From Cenococcum geophilum (lineage: Eukaryota), in contig CP158635.1 in NCBI GenBank assembly GCA_050273025.1, forward strand, positions 32,612,001-32,676,000: 64,000 bases of DNA, written 5' to 3'. The notes under the pieces were generated by a model that did not search any database, was not told where the DNA came from, and was given only the letters and a program-made list of their open reading frames with translations. Shown piece after piece: positions 1 through 12,903 of this stretch (position 1 is its first letter; each line of letters starts with the position of its first letter). Made by a program: the position numbers and the translations under genes.

Positions 1-16
1 CCGTTTCAGCTTGCAG

Positions 17-862
17 TCAGTGAGACTCGTCGCGGATTAAAGCGACGATCATGCTGTAGAGGTAGAAGAAAAACATGACAAGGTGGAATCCAAGCTTAAT
101 GAACGATTCCTATTATCATCGCGTGTTAGTAATGATTTGACCTCCCAAAAAAAAAACCTCGTGAGTCTTCGAATAAATTCGTGACGACTGAAAAGACAAG
201 GGGCAGACTTAATAAGACGTAGAAAGAAGGGTATGAGGTACATTCCCACAGCCAGACAATGTCGCGTGACCGGACATTAGATGATAGGTCGCCGAGAGAG
301 CGGATAAATAGAAAATGACAGGGTAGCTACCTTCTTATGTACGTTCAATTTCCTAAAAATTTCCGTTGCATCCAAAAGATGCTGGTTCTCAAATATTCTA
401 GTCCACAATCAGCTACAGCTCCCCAAGTATATCAAATTGTGGCGATCTAGTCTTGCACATACTTCTTTCCGTTCCATACTAAGAGCGGGAGATTCAACAA
501 AAGCGCAATCCAGTATCCGTTGATGAGGAAGAGGAAGGTGAGGAAAGCGTGAACGGCGGCTTCGGGGACAATATAGGTGTTGAGTCTGTTGCAGAGGTCG
601 ATGGGGTTGATGTAGTCACTGGTAAAAGTTTATCAGCCTTGCAATCATTCCTATAGTTGTTGTAGTTTGGGATTGTCGCAAGCTAGTTTGTGATGAAGAC
701 GGGAAGGCTGCATGCGAAAAGCTGGCGTCTATCGTCTAGACGTTGAGCAGAGAGCACGTACCATTCCAAATCGCTGTACATTATCGTAAAGAAGACTTGC
801 AAGAAAAGGTTGACGGCGTTTATCAGGACGGCTAATAAGTATAGCCATGCTTCTCCGGACAT
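17..862 (-). CDS. ERV14: Cornichon-family ER cargo receptor Erv14, 4 exons (762-862, 463-618, 331-397, 17-109)
   Basis: Manual splicing gives [47 protein letters not shown]...[47 protein letters not shown]. All introns are GT..AG. Confidence 0.95.
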
Positions 863-1432
863 TGTGAGGGTTTTATGTGCGGCGCAGCACTGATCCGACT
901 AGATGAAAGCGATGTTTACGAGATTCTTGCTCTCTTTATCAAAAGTATTATTCTGTTCGAGTAAGAAGCTTTGGTGCTGGGAAGTAGGCGAGGTTGTGCG
1001 GATAGTGGAAGTTATCGGGTGAAACGCGGAAGAGAAGACAGTGGGTAGAGAGTCGTGACTTGGATTAAGTTCGGGGACGGAGGAACTTGCAGCTCAATGG
1101 ATTTGACAAGCAGGGAAGCGCGAGGCTCCAGGTATCTTGTGAAACGTTGTCTTCACGGGCGATGGCAGGCTGCAGAATGTTTTGGATGACGTTTTGGAAA
1201 CGAGCTGGTGGTGCTGTTGGCATCGGCACCTCGCCAATTTTCCGTGTGGAAAGCCCCCTCCACTGGCTTTAATGGTGACGCCCAGAAAGCTTGGACATTT
1301 CATAACATCACCATGCTTTCAATTTAATTTCATAGCCAAATCAATTCAAATAAGCAAGAGTTAGATATCTAGCTGCAGTTATAGCTGCGCTATGTCCAAG
1401 ATGCATATACAGCGCAAAGGCCGTAGAAAGAC

Positions 1433-2879
1433 TTAACCAAATTTCTCGGAAAGTAAAGAAACTGAGGCAGCAGTACTCGAAGCTAATGGCTCTTTGGAAG
1501 CATCACCGTTCGTAGTGTTAGGCATCGGAATAGGGCCGCCGGGCGAGTCCGGCAGCCTTGCTGTCAAAATCTCAACGCCATTCTCCGTAACCAGAAGAGT
1601 ATGTTCTAGAATAGACCATTAGCAAAGTAAAGAGGCTCCAAGGTTAGATGGATGTCAACATACCAAACTGAGCTGTGCGGGATCCATCCTGGGTAGCACT
1701 TGTCCAATCATCTGGCCAAGTCTTGTCCTTATGTGTACCCAAGCTAATCATAGGTTCGATAGTAAAGCACATGCCTGGCTTCGCTTGTCCAACGGCCTTG
1801 TTCTTTGCGTAGTGAGGGACATTTGGTGCGCAATGGAACAATTGGTTTATTCCATGACCACAATATGTCTTGATAACACTGCAGTTGCGGGACTTTGCGT
1901 GCTTTTCTATGACAGTCCCTGGATCTCGGAAGAGCATTCCTGGCTTGACAATCTTAATGGACTCATCAAGACACTCTCTTGCAGTCTCTACGACCCTTAC
2001 AGAGTCGGAATCAGCCTCAGCTTTGGATCCAACATAGTACGTCTCATTTAAGTCTCCGTGGAAGCCTCCGTGATATAGCGTAACATCAATATTCAGAATA
2101 TCACCATCCACGAGGATTCGCTGATCCGGTATGCCGTGGCAGATGATTTCGTTAGGTGAGGTACATAAGGATTTGGGGAAGTGGCAATAATTGAGGGGTG
2201 AAGGATATGACTGTGAGCCGTGAGTATTATCAGCCGCAAAAAATGTACAGCGAAATGGACAGAGTAAAGCAGCACTTACATCTCGTTCCAAGCAAGCCTT
2301 GTGAACTATCTCATCCAAGTAATCCGTCGTAATACCTGGTCTTACTTCCCTCGCGGCGATATCTAAGACTTCTCTGGCTAACCTGCAAACTTTCCGCATA
2401 CCTTCCTGCTCCTTCTCATCCAATATTCTAATTTTATTTCTGCCAACAAATACTTGTTCGGAGCGCGGTATCCCATCTTTGGCATAATCAGGGTGCTGGA
2501 TACTCGCTGGCACTTGTCTTCGAGGCGAAAGAGGGTATACAGGTCTTAAACTGCCTGTAAATGGAAAGGTAGGGAAGGGATTAAAGTGGCCGGTTGCTGG
2601 GTCGGGTTTAGAGACAACTTTTGGTGGAATAATATTACGGAGAGGATTACTTTGTGCTTTGTGTATTGCTTTATGTTCGCTCTATAGGCTCAGTCAGTAA
2701 TCCTCAGTCTTCTTCACGAGGCCCTCCTTACTAAATACCCAGTTGCGTTTGAAGCAGTCCTGCGAGCAGAAGTAGCTCTCTTTCCCAATCTTTTGGCAAG
2801 TAGGACATTGCAAGGCACTAGCGTCATTCTCGCAATCTTTGCTTAGGCATTTACGCGTAACGGGAGTGTCTGCAGCCAT
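1433..2879 (-). CDS. MAP1: Methionine aminopeptidase 1 (multi-exon)
   Basis: N-terminal zinc finger (CPTC..FCSQDCFKRNW). M24 motifs CHGIPD, NIDVT, GDLNET, GHGI..FH and FTIEPMI. Last exon EHTLLVTENGVEILTARLP...FG* ends at 1433. Confidence 0.96.
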
Positions 2880-3216
2880 GGCGCGTGTCGTGCACCTTCG
2901 TTAGTGGTAATATCAAGCTCGTTGCGGGGCTAGAAAAGGCAGCTGAAAATTTTTAAGGCAATCTATGATGAAGAGGAAGTATTCCTGGAGCCCGTAAGAG
3001 AGTGCTCAGCGGAATTTAAAGTAAAGGATGCCCCAAGGAAATTCACTCTATTTCCGCGCTCTGACGCTGTGGAACGCCGAACAATTCAAGCGGAGTTGAG
3101 GCGATCTGCGACTGACGCTTGGACCATCCGCTTAGCAATGTGGCGGCGGAAGAGGCAGTACTTGCATCTTAGCCCCGCGTGCTATGCAACAACTAAGAAG
3201 AATATACAATATCATA

Positions 3217-5624
3217 CGGAGGTCGGTAACCAAAGTTTTTGCACCTTCCTAATTAGGAAGTTTGGCTCACCGCCTACCGGCAGAACATGAAGTTCAACCC
3301 TAGCCGCATCAAAATTGTACTTAAAGCTTCGAACGAAAGGCAATATATATAGATTTGATTGACTGATCAATAAGCTAACTATTTAGAAGGTGTTCAGCTT
3401 TGCGCAGGCGTAGCTTTCGGCTCTGCGGAGGCTTAGAAACGTCCCCCACTGGTTGAGCAGAGTCCTCTGCATGCTCAATTCGCTGCCGTCTTTCTGCCTT
3501 CTTCGAGATCTTCTGTATAGAGCTTTGGTGTAGAGGCTCTGGCGGAGGCTCTGCAGGAGGCTCCGCAAAGCTTAAATCTACGTCAATAGAGCTTAATCCA
3601 ACGTCAATTGACCTGCCAGTAGAGCTTCTGCTCTTATCTACAGTCTCATTAGAGGCAGCAGAAGAGCCCTTCTTCCTTACCCACTTCCTCGTCGGCTGAT
3701 TAATTGTATTCCACCTGGTATCTACCTTGTGGTGTTGAACTTCCTCCTGCTGCCGCTCCGGCTGCTGCTGAACTTGAGGCTCTATAAAGCTGACTTTGAA
3801 CGCTGCCTTCTTTGAGTTTCTGCCCTTTGTATCCGGTCGGTTCTGAATTGATCGAGGCTGCGGTGGAGGAGGCTTAATAGGTGGTAGAGGCTTAAATGGA
3901 GGAGGCTTAAATGGAGGAGGCTTAGAGATAGCTGTTGGCTGAGGGCGAGGCTGGTTAGGTGCCCATATGGCCCGTTGGCGGCGGCGAAGCTTTGGGGTGT
4001 GAATTTGGTGTAGAGGCTCGATATCCATTAAGGCGTTCGGTAGATGAGGTCCCATTTGCATACGCTGCGGAAGCTCTGGTGGCTGAGGCTTCCTAAGTGG
4101 AGGCTCATTCGGATCAACACGATTAAGGCTTAAAAGCACCTGCTGTCGCATATAATCAATCACTTGGCTGCGATATCGATCCATCTGTTTAAGCGCCTTC
4201 CAATCTCTTGCATCATCAGCAGCACCCTCGCGATATTCGTTGCCTCCTCCGCAGCGAATAACCTCTTGAATATGACGTGGAATTCGCTCTATCCAAGCTT
4301 GAATCCGCCACTGTTCAAGCTCGTCCCATGCCTTCTGCCAAACTCGCTCAGCTTCTGCTCGATTCTTCAGTACACCCTTCTTTATAGTAACTCGTTTGAG
4401 GTAGTACCAGCATGGCTCAATCATATTTAGATCGGGTGAATTGCCTGGCCAAAGCAGACGCTGGAGGCCTGCTGCGTCGAAGTAGATCTGCTGGTGCTTT
4501 GATGAATGAGCGGGAGCTTTATCCTCTTGGATAATCGTATCTGGGCGATCAATCTGGCACTTAATTGCGAAGGGAATAAGGACTGGAAGGAGGCACTTAG
4601 TAAGGTAGCGATACCAATCAATACCACCTTTCTTAGCTGTACGTTTGATAGCGCCGTTTTCCTTACTCATTTGAAACTGAGGTTTCCTACCCGGCTTATT
4701 GCGGAGGCCCAGTCGTCTTAAACCAGTGGTGAGCTCCCACGCCTGACGAAGCTCTGGCTCTATCGCCTCGTTGATCTTTTGAAGCTCCAGCTTTGACGCC
4801 TTCTTCTCCTCTGCAGTCTCGGGCTTCCAGATCAGGCATGGCGACTTCCGATTATACGAAAAGGCGCCCCAAAATATAAATTTATTAGCCCTCTTAAATC
4901 GAGGACGAATAGCTGACTTATTGACCTTTTCCTGAGCCAAGCGCCAGAGTTTATAGCCGCCTCTTCTATGGTGTAGAACAACGCCCGTCTCGTCGCTCCA
5001 TATAACGTTCTTCCAATCCTTAATCGTCCAATCCTTATATCGCAGGGCAAACTGATAGCGAGCTTCCTTCATAGCTTTTGTAAGACAAGGCTTCTTTGTA
5101 GGCTTTGTTTTTCGGTATCCATGACGTCGCAGAACTCGCCAAACAGTTTGGGTAGAGTAGCCGCATTCGGCAGCGATATAAGCGCAGGACTTCTCTCGCC
5201 CATATCGATCGGAGGTGACTTTCTTAAGGATTCGTTGTTCGAACTCGCGGGTAACTTTAGGCTTTCTACCAGGACGTGGGCCGTCGACAATATAGCCATC
5301 AATAATAAGAGGATTTGTAGTAGGATTCCAGCCACGATTAATAGCTTTTGTAAACAAATACTGGAGGGCGCGTTGTTTAATCAAGGTAACGCTCTGGATG
5401 TGCTCGAGGGTGGCTCCCATAGCTTTCATGGCCAGGGCCTGAGCCCTAGTCGCGAGCTGATGGAAAACCATAGTTGGTACAGTAAGATTCAAGCTTAGAG
5501 AGTCCTTACCAGCAATTTTAGAGTGGCAGAGAGGCTGCAGAAGTATTCTGCCGCCAGCGGTCAGCGGGCGGTGAGCCAAACTTCCTAATTAGGAAGGTGC
5601 AAAAACTTTGGTTACCGACCTCCG
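3217..5624 (-). mobile_element. Full-length Tc1/mariner DNA transposon
   Basis: 58-bp perfect TIRs (3217-3274, 5567-5624; CGGAGGTCGGTAACCAAAG...). TA target-site duplication at 3215-3216 and 5625-5626. Encodes a transposase. Confidence 0.96.
3375..5471 (-). CDS. Tc1-type DD34E transposase with a long low-complexity C-terminal extension
   Basis: Motifs GRKPK, WSDET, QEDKAPAH and NSPDLNMIE, with 34 residues between D2 and E. First ATG at 5471. Confidence 0.9.
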   Translation of the reverse strand: MVFHQLATRAQALAMKAMGATLEHIQSVTLIKQRALQYLFTKAINRGWNPTTNPLIIDGYIVDGPRPGRKPKVTREFEQRILKKVTSDRYGREKSCAYIAAECGYSTQTVWRVLRRHGYRKTKPTKKPCLTKAMKEARYQFALRYKDWTIKDWKNVIWSDETGVVLHHRRGGYKLWRLAQEKVNKSAIRPRFKRANKFIFWGAFSYNRKSPCLIWKPETAEEKKASKLELQKINEAIEPELRQAWELTTGLRRLGLRNKPGRKPQFQMSKENGAIKRTAKKGGIDWYRYLTKCLLPVLIPFAIKCQIDRPDTIIQEDKAPAHSSKHQQIYFDAAGLQRLLWPGNSPDLNMIEPCWYYLKRVTIKKGVLKNRAEAERVWQKAWDELEQWRIQAWIERIPRHIQEVIRCGGGNEYREGAADDARDWKALKQMDRYRSQVIDYMRQQVLLSLNRVDPNEPPLRKPQPPELPQRMQMGPHLPNALMDIEPLHQIHTPKLRRRQRAIWAPNQPRPQPTAISKPPPFKPPPFKPLPPIKPPPPQPRSIQNRPDTKGRNSKKAAFKVSFIEPQVQQQPERQQEEVQHHKVDTRWNTINQPTRKWVRKKGSSAASNETVDKSRSSTGRSIDVGLSSIDVDLSFAEPPAEPPPEPLHQSSIQKISKKAERRQRIEHAEDSAQPVGDVSKPPQSRKLRLRKAEHLLNS

Positions 5625-5732
5625 TAAGCACACTACCATAACACAGTCTCGGATTTTATTATACCCGAGTTTTTCAACCGGAATAATATAGGCAAACAAA
5701 GCTGTAAAGTTTAGGCAATTTGTTGGCGATTT

Positions 5733-6205
5733 ACGTCTTAGCAGCCACCAAAGCGAGCCACCTAAAATTATACTTTATCCCTTAGTCTGGTAAAATTCAT
5801 CCTACGGTTATCGATAAGAACAAAGCCAATAGAACCAATCAGATCAAGTTGAGACGCCAAATTATCATTTTGCCAGTGTATAGATCACTACATAGTAGGA
5901 CGCTACCAGGGGAAGGGATGTACTAATAAATTTAAGTATTTAAATTAATAATTTATAAATTTTTAATATTAAAAACCTAATTATTTAATTAACTTTTCAT
6001 TTAAAATATAGAAAATTTTTAATTGTAAAAGTATAACTTTAGTAGAAATAATAAAAGCTTATTGTATTAGTAGCATAAATGTATGAGTATTGATTTTTAA
6101 ATTTTCACATTTATATATTAAGTAGTGGTAGAGTTATTAATATATAAAGTTAGCTGATCTCGGTGTAATTTTAGGTGGCTCGCTTGGGCGGGTGGCTAAA
6201 GACGT
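5733..6205. mobile_element. Degenerate non-autonomous TIR element with AT-rich interior, hosting a nested 141-bp MITE
   Basis: Imperfect inverted termini ACGTC..AAGCGAGCCACCTAAAATTA at 5733-5773 and 6163-6205. Confidence 0.6.
5778..5918. mobile_element. TCCCTT..AAGGGA family MITE, degenerate copy
   Basis: Same 141-bp length and internal motifs (GTTATCGATAAG, CCAATCAGATCAA) as the copy at 25207-25347. Confidence 0.6.
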
Positions 6206-6551
6206 TATCTGTCGCGAGTCACGGTAGTGTCATCTATCTTATCCGTCAACATACCAACTCAGCAGCCGTCAAGTATCTGCGAGAAAGTCTTGATCTGAAC
6301 CTGTTTGATTATTGTATTTGTATGTTTAAGTAAGCCTCAAGCGGTGTGCCTCGAGGATCTCACGCGCTCCATGAGAAGTTAAAGAGGTAATTAGCCGGCC
6401 GCGGACCACTATAAATTGTAATATAAAGGTATGGGGACCCTCTTTTTAGTCAAATAGCCTTCTAAGAGTACGCATAGCATGATGTCCGTATAGTGTTCCA
6501 TTCCGCCGTATCCGCACGATAGTTCCATAACCAACTAAATACACCTCAGAC

Positions 6552-8285
6552 ATGGCTACTTCAAAGAAGCAGAAGACTGTAGTGGTCGGTGCTGGGCCAG
6601 TGGGGTCATTAGCTGCTCTCTATGCTGCGAAGAGAGGTGACGATGTTGAATTATACGAGTTAAGAGGGGGTGGGTCTAAATTTCATTCCTGGTTTCTGTG
6701 CTTCAGTTTTCAATTATTTGTCACAAAACCCAATAACGCACTCATCTCCTTAAAGCCATAGAAACAGCCTTTGGGGATTTAGTGTGAGCAAAATAGGCTA
6801 ACGCTTAGGAGATCTCCGTGATCCCTCTACTACGCCGCTTAACTTCACCAAGTCTATCAATCTTGCTTTATCAGAGAGAGGAATTAATTCAATGAAGAAG
6901 GCCGATTGCCCTGGACTTCTGGAGTCCGTGCTCAACGAAACTATCCCTATGCATGGTCGCATGATTCATGGCCAGAAACACGGCAATCTTTTTCAGGAGC
7001 CTCAGTTGTATGATGTGCATGGACGGGTGAGTCAGGCTTCATCGCCATCTGAAGCCCTGGTCGCTGATTGCTGTAGTTTGTTCGCGCTGTTGATAGAGCA
7101 GGCCTAAACAAAAGCCTTTTAGACGAGCTAGAAAAAATGCCAAATGTCAAGTTCTTTTTCAATCACAAGCTTACCGGAGCCGATTTCAGAAAAAACCTTG
7201 CATGGTTCGAACGGCAAGGGATTCTGCGTTCCGATATCGCTCAGAAACCAACGCAGCAGCCAGCCGACAAACGGGGGACAGAAATCGAAGTAAAGTTCGA
7301 CTTCATGATTGGCGCCGACGGGGCACATTCCGCAGTGCGGTACCATCTGATGAAATACACAAGGATGTCATACCAACAGGAGTATATCGATGCCCTATGG
7401 TGCGAGTTTCACATTTCCCCAACGAAGGACAATGATTTTATGCTGCCTCCAAATTATCTCCACATCTGGTCCGGTGAAGAGTTCATGTTCATCGCAATCC
7501 CAAGTCTTGACAAAAGTTTCACCTCAACGCTTTTCCTACCCAACACTCGATTTGCGGAACTCGACGCAAACCAATCATCGCTTACCGACTTCTTCAAGTT
7601 AAATTTCCCAGGGGTCATTCCAAATATCATATCTGAAGCGGAGCTACACAAGCAATATTCCGGAAACCTTCACTTACCTCTGATATCTATCAAATGTACG
7701 CCCTACCATTACGGGTCCAGTGCTGTGATCCTCGGGGATGCAGCACATGCAATGGTTCCCTTCTATGGCCAAGGCATGAATGCTGGCCTAGAAGATGTCC
7801 GTGTTCTGTTCGATATCCTTGACGAATACTCTGTGGGTCCTCAGAACTCAGACACTATTCGGGAAAACCGAGCGAAAGCCTTAGAAGAATATACGAAGCA
7901 GCGTACCCCAGACGCGGTGTCAATCAATGACCTTGCTTTGAGAAACTATCAGGAGATGAGGAGTGATGTCCGGTCCCCTATGTACCGCCTGCGGAAGTGG
8001 ACCGAGGAGAAGCTGGACGCATACTTACCTAGCCTAGGTTGGGCTACTCAGTATTCTCGCGTGAGCTTTGGGAACAACAGGTATTCTGAAGTGGAAAAAG
8101 CTGCAAGAAGACAAGGCAGGATACTCCTGGGCGTTATGGGGCTTTCTCTCGTCTCCGCCTTTGGTCTGGGGAGTTTGTGGCTATCAAGACTCAATTTGAA
8201 ATTTCCTCCTAGGAAATTTCTAAGTCAATGGTTCCATCACCTTTTTAGCAAGTTGGCGGAGCTGAAGAGTAGATGGGCCCTGTAG
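6552..8285 (+). CDS. BNA4: Kynurenine 3-monooxygenase (3 exons)
   Basis: FAD motif [10 protein letters not shown], then [44 protein letters not shown] and a C-terminal hydrophobic anchor. Confidence 0.96.
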
Positions 8286-9394
8286 GCAAATTAATTTCAA
8301 ATCAGGCACCGCAGTCTTGGAATACGAACCTTACATCTGCTAGTACAATCAGCCAATAACATTAGAGTAACATGCCCGCCCAAATAAAGTCTCCCGCGCC
8401 TTTGATATGGTGACTTTATCACAGATGCTATGGGATCTAATAGGCTACAGTAATAGAGCATGACACAAACACCGAAGGAAGTCTTCTTTAAATAGAGGAG
8501 GAACCGCGAAAGATAATATTGTGGCTGCAGGCGGCTGCGTCTACGAAATCAAAGCCCTTAGCTTTACGCCGCACGTATCCAGAGCACCCGCGAACGGAAG
8601 TGTTTTCCATGGCCCCCTATACCAACTCCGGACATTTAAGATGTGGTAATGGGTCTTGGAATAATTAGAATCCAAGTCCTCCACGCAGATGACTTAGTAC
8701 AAGCGTCTATGTTTGCTACGTTATTCAATGCATTCGGATTCTCCCGAAAAGTCGTGTCAAGACGACTGACTTGCCTCGATCAGATTCCAGCTGCTATTTT
8801 CTCATAGAGACTACTTCAATTGTCCGATTTTGAAAACAGAGTTCTTGCAACTTCATTTCGAACTCAATGCCATGTCTTCCATCTGATTTTTTGACCGGCT
8901 GATCTCTAGCTTATAAATTTCATTTCGTAGAGCCTCGGGAAATCCCATGAATTGAACCATTTATCTTCACCTTCAGCAGAACTTTGCGATGCAAACGCTA
9001 TCCTGCAGTAAAAAGAGACGCAATACACTTTGTACTATGTAATTATTTCCTTACCTGCGGAAGTTCTCAAAATAGTAGTGATTTCTCAGCTTCACTCTTC
9101 AATATTAAATCAGTTCTAGACCTTTCACGAAACCTTCGAGAATCACTCTAGCGTATCGCAAGATGTTCAATGCGGGCCATAGGTTAATAGTTGCTCATGT
9201 GTAGTTTCCACGCTTCGATTATTTGCCTAGTTTTTATTGCAGTTAACCTCGAGCTTTAAAAGGTTGCTCGAGGAAGGGGAATAACTCCTTTAGCATTAGA
9301 TTTTCTCACAATAGAAAATCTATTACTTTCTCGAAGTAATCATACTGCCCTTATAAATTATGCTTTGCTAGGTTTTTTTGATCAGGTCAGTATA

Positions 9395-9728
9395 CAGTTA
9401 AACCCCCTTAATACGATATGGGGTATATCACGATATCCTCTACATTACGATCTACACCCCTTGATCAAACCTTTTTTGGTGTAATATTACGATAATCTGG
9501 CTTTTGACGATATCGTTAAGGTAGCTCTACCAAAATCGGTGTAACCAGATAAGATTTTGTATGGGGAGAGCCCTATTTAGCTCATACAGTAGCTTATACC
9601 CTTTTAGGGTGGTTGGCCTCCCTTTTCCTGCTTATTAACGCATCACGTGACTATTTAGTATAACAATACCATTGGTATTACGATATGCTCGGCTGCAAAA
9701 ATGGTATCGTATTAAAGAGGTTTTACTG
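9395..9728. mobile_element. pogo/Tigger-like MITE (334 bp)
   Basis: TIRs CAGTTAAACCCCCTTAATACGATA and CAGTAAAACCTCTTTAATACGATA, TA on both flanks, repeated internal TACGAT motifs. Confidence 0.8.
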
Positions 9729-10172
9729 TAATGTCGATTACAGTGATTTAAATAACCCACTGGAAGCTGGGCGAAAGTGATTAATTATGCATTACTCACA
9801 ACCTTGAAGTTGATGTTGAATAGCAAAGAGGTTCATCATTTTAGCTTTTCATGATTTCGATGTGGCCCCAATCTGAAGGAGAGTCCACAGGGCTTAAACT
9901 TGACATACAGCAGTATATTGCTCTAAAGTTCATGGTCAAGGCATTACCAGCGCACTTACACAAAACCGAAAAAATTGCACTCCCGAATCCTATTCTGAAA
10001 ATGAATAGTGGTATCAATTAAAACCACTTTGACATACGCCTGACCACACGTTGCGCCGCATCCAATCATCTAATCCAACCCAGTCAGGCCCAGAACAACC
10101 GATAATACTCACAAGAGTACCAGCATACATTGACGCCAATCATTTCCTATTTGATTGTCCCAAAACGTATAT

Positions 10173-10886
10173 TTACCAGCCTCGCCGCGTGCTTGCACCC
10201 ATTGTCGCGCAATGTAAACAATTCCGGTTGTCACCAACAACAGCACAGGTCCCGCAGATACTTCTACCACATGATCGGCATTCGAATTGGTCTGTGGAAC
10301 TTGAGTCCCCGTAGTCGATATCCATTTCGCCATCACCTTGGAGAGCGCCGTCGCAATCATCACAACGTGGGGGCTGCGTGTTTGAAACCGAGGATGAGTT
10401 CGCATGCGTGAAAATGGGTTGCGGACGAGAGCGCGGCAATGACCAGAAGGAATGTAATGTTGACTTTTGTGTTGGGGTGGAACTTCGCACCAGTGGTTGA
10501 GACTGCGATAGGATTGGAGCAGCGTGGGGAAACTGCCGTTGAGCAGAAAACAGTTTATCCATTGTTGTTTCTAGAAGTTGATTGTTAGCGAACGTTCTCG
10601 ACTGAGATTTCCGTGACGCTTTACCATGTATAATGTTGTCGTTTGGTCTATTGTCTCTGAACCTTTTACGCGTTCTGCTATTCAAATCCAAAGACGAGAG
10701 TTTTCCAATGTCCATATTCCACGATAATACGGGAATAGATGAAATAGGTGTCTCTAAATCCATTGCCCCATTAAATAGACGTGGGGCTGGAGTTGGGCTT
10801 TGCGATCCACGCGAAGTAGACGTTGTGAAACTAGAAGTCGAAGCTGGGGATGAATTGGAGCAAGATCTCTTTCTTTTTAGAGCCAT
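10173..10886 (-). CDS. Hypothetical protein: Ser-rich N-terminus and C-terminal Cys cluster (possible zinc finger); likely in-frame intron 10571-10624
   Basis: 237-aa ORF with basic motifs (LKRKR, RTRKRFRDNRP) and CxxC pairs (CDDC, CRSC, CGTC, CLHC). Contains a GTAAAG..GCTAAC..TAG intron. Confidence 0.75.
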   Translation of the reverse strand: MALKRKRSCSNSSPASTSSFTTSTSRGSQSPTPAPRLFNGAMDLETPISSIPVLSWNMDIGKLSSLDLNSRTRKRFRDNRPNDNIIHGKASRKSQSRTFANNQLLETTMDKLFSAQRQFPHAAPILSQSQPLVRSSTPTQKSTLHSFWSLPRSRPQPIFTHANSSSVSNTQPPRCDDCDGALQGDGEMDIDYGDSSSTDQFECRSCGRSICGTCAVVGDNRNCLHCATMGASTRRGW

Positions 10887-11499
10887 GATGAGAAATATTT
10901 AAAGTATCGATACGGTGATGCGACAGGGTACAGATATAGATGTGACAGTATTGCAGAAGGCAGTAATGTGTATTGTGAAGGGCAATGGTTAAGTGGTAAG
11001 CAGCAGAAGTAGTGGTAGAAGTAGCGATGATGAAATGAGGAGGCTGGAACGCGACGCGCGAAAACGCCGCACGTGCGCGAAGCACACTACCACGCATAAC
11101 ACTAGACGGCTCATGCTTGGGGCATTGAAGCATACTGAACGACACTTAAACAGATATACTAGACATTCAAATACGTAATGAATGCCTCATATTATACAGC
11201 AGTATTCTATGTCTTCCACTCTTTCCTTGAGAGAGTCGGCCTACTTCGTAGCGAGATATTTGCTGCATTTACTGACCATATAGACCTCTGGAGTACTTTA
11301 GTAGCTCCAAGAGTAGCTCCAAGTCTGCAATCTAAATATATATCTAGTATTTTGCGACGATTCAATCGTTGTGGGGCCTCCAGCGATTACTTCATTCCTC
11401 CTGCCCAGCTCTCGGAACCCCGCTCTCGTGCCCCTCGTTTGTTTGAAAGCTCCTAGAGGTCTTCAACATATACTGTTAGCAACAGTTATTGCAAAAAAA

Positions 11500-12683
11500 A
11501 TGTCCAGCAGAGACGCCAGCCACGCCGGCTCGTGGTATTCTTCGCGGAAATCGGAGCTCTCTGCTCAACTAGATCAATGGCTTGACCAAGTTCCAGACAC
11601 TACCAAGTGTATCGGCACGGAATCCTCCAAGCAAGCTCCTGCCCAGCTACCTTCCTCTGGAGCAAGGGCTATTATTGCACCGTAGGCGTCACTGTCCACT
11701 GCCGGTGAGCTGAATGGGAGAGCTCATGGCAAAGCAGGCATGCCGGATATTCTTACTCTGGGCCTGCGGCAGCATGGGCTTACAAGTCTTTGGACCTGTC
11801 TAAGGCGTAAGCCAACCTATGCCGCAGCTACTACAGCTGCTCGAGACATGAGTTCTAATCATTTGCAGTAAACGCGTCTTCCTGCTTGGACCTTCTCACC
11901 ACCACTATCTCACCGGATGTGCACTCACACAGTGTGACACATACGAGACACCTCTCGGAAATCTCAAAGTCGACAAGCAGACTATCGCCGAGCTGCACCA
12001 GAAAGCTTCCTTTGACAAGATGTCCCTGTCCATAGATGAAGCCGAGCACAGTCTAGAAATGCACCTCCCATACATCTACAAAGCACTCAGCAGGTTCGTT
12101 ACTACTCCTCCCACCGCCTCACCTCACCTCGCCCCCTCGACAGCTTCTCACGACTCTCAGGATATTCTCCGATCCCGCGTCTTTCCCTCCCCTCATCCCC
12201 ATAATGATTGGTGCGACTAACGCAACCACCGAGCGCCGTTTCGGCCAAATCCTCGCACCCTACCTCGCCGATCCCACCTCCGTCTTCATCATAAGCTCTG
12301 ACTTCTGCCACTGGGGCTCCCGCTTCAGATACACGTACTACCAGCCGAACTCCGGCTCCGCGTACTCCCTCCACTCGTCAGACCGAGCGCCCACCCAGCC
12401 TCCTATCTACGAGAGTATCGCACGTGTAGACGGCCTGTGCATGGATGCGATCGAAACAGGCTCGCATAAGAGTTTCTTGGATATTTTAGATGAAACTGGG
12501 AATACAGTGTGCGGGCGCCACCCTATCGGCGTAGTTATAGCCGCCATAGAGGCGCTGGAGAAGGAGGATAAAGTGGAGAAGGGGAAAGGAAGGTTCAAAT
12601 TCATGAGGTACGAGCGGAGCAGTGACTGTGATAGCGCGAGGGATAGTAGTGTCAGCTATTGCAGTGCGTTTGCAATTTTTTGA
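11500..12683 (+). CDS. MHO1: MEMO1/AmmeMemoRadiSam B family protein (multi-exon)
   Basis: Motifs ASHAGSWY, RAIIAP/HAGYSYSG, LGPSHH, EHSLEMHLPY, ISSDFCHWG, NTVCGRHPI and SSVSYCSA. Confidence 0.93.
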
Positions 12684-12903
12684 GCAGATGGGAAGAATTT
12701 TCCTTCTTTTTCGGCATGAAACCAATACAGCTAGACGACTACACCTAGGAACCTGAAAATATTACAATATTTTACATAAGAGAGATATTCAATACCCTGG
12801 GTTGGAGCTGCTTTCGATGAGCTTACGTTTATTCCTGACCCCACTCATGTGGCGGTGCTATAAGTAATGATTAATTTTCAATTCCAAATTATTTCTAACC
12901 AAA

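Noticed and set aside
5472..5579. TTG-initiated extension of the transposase
   Set aside because: It starts inside the TIR; the first ATG is at 5471.
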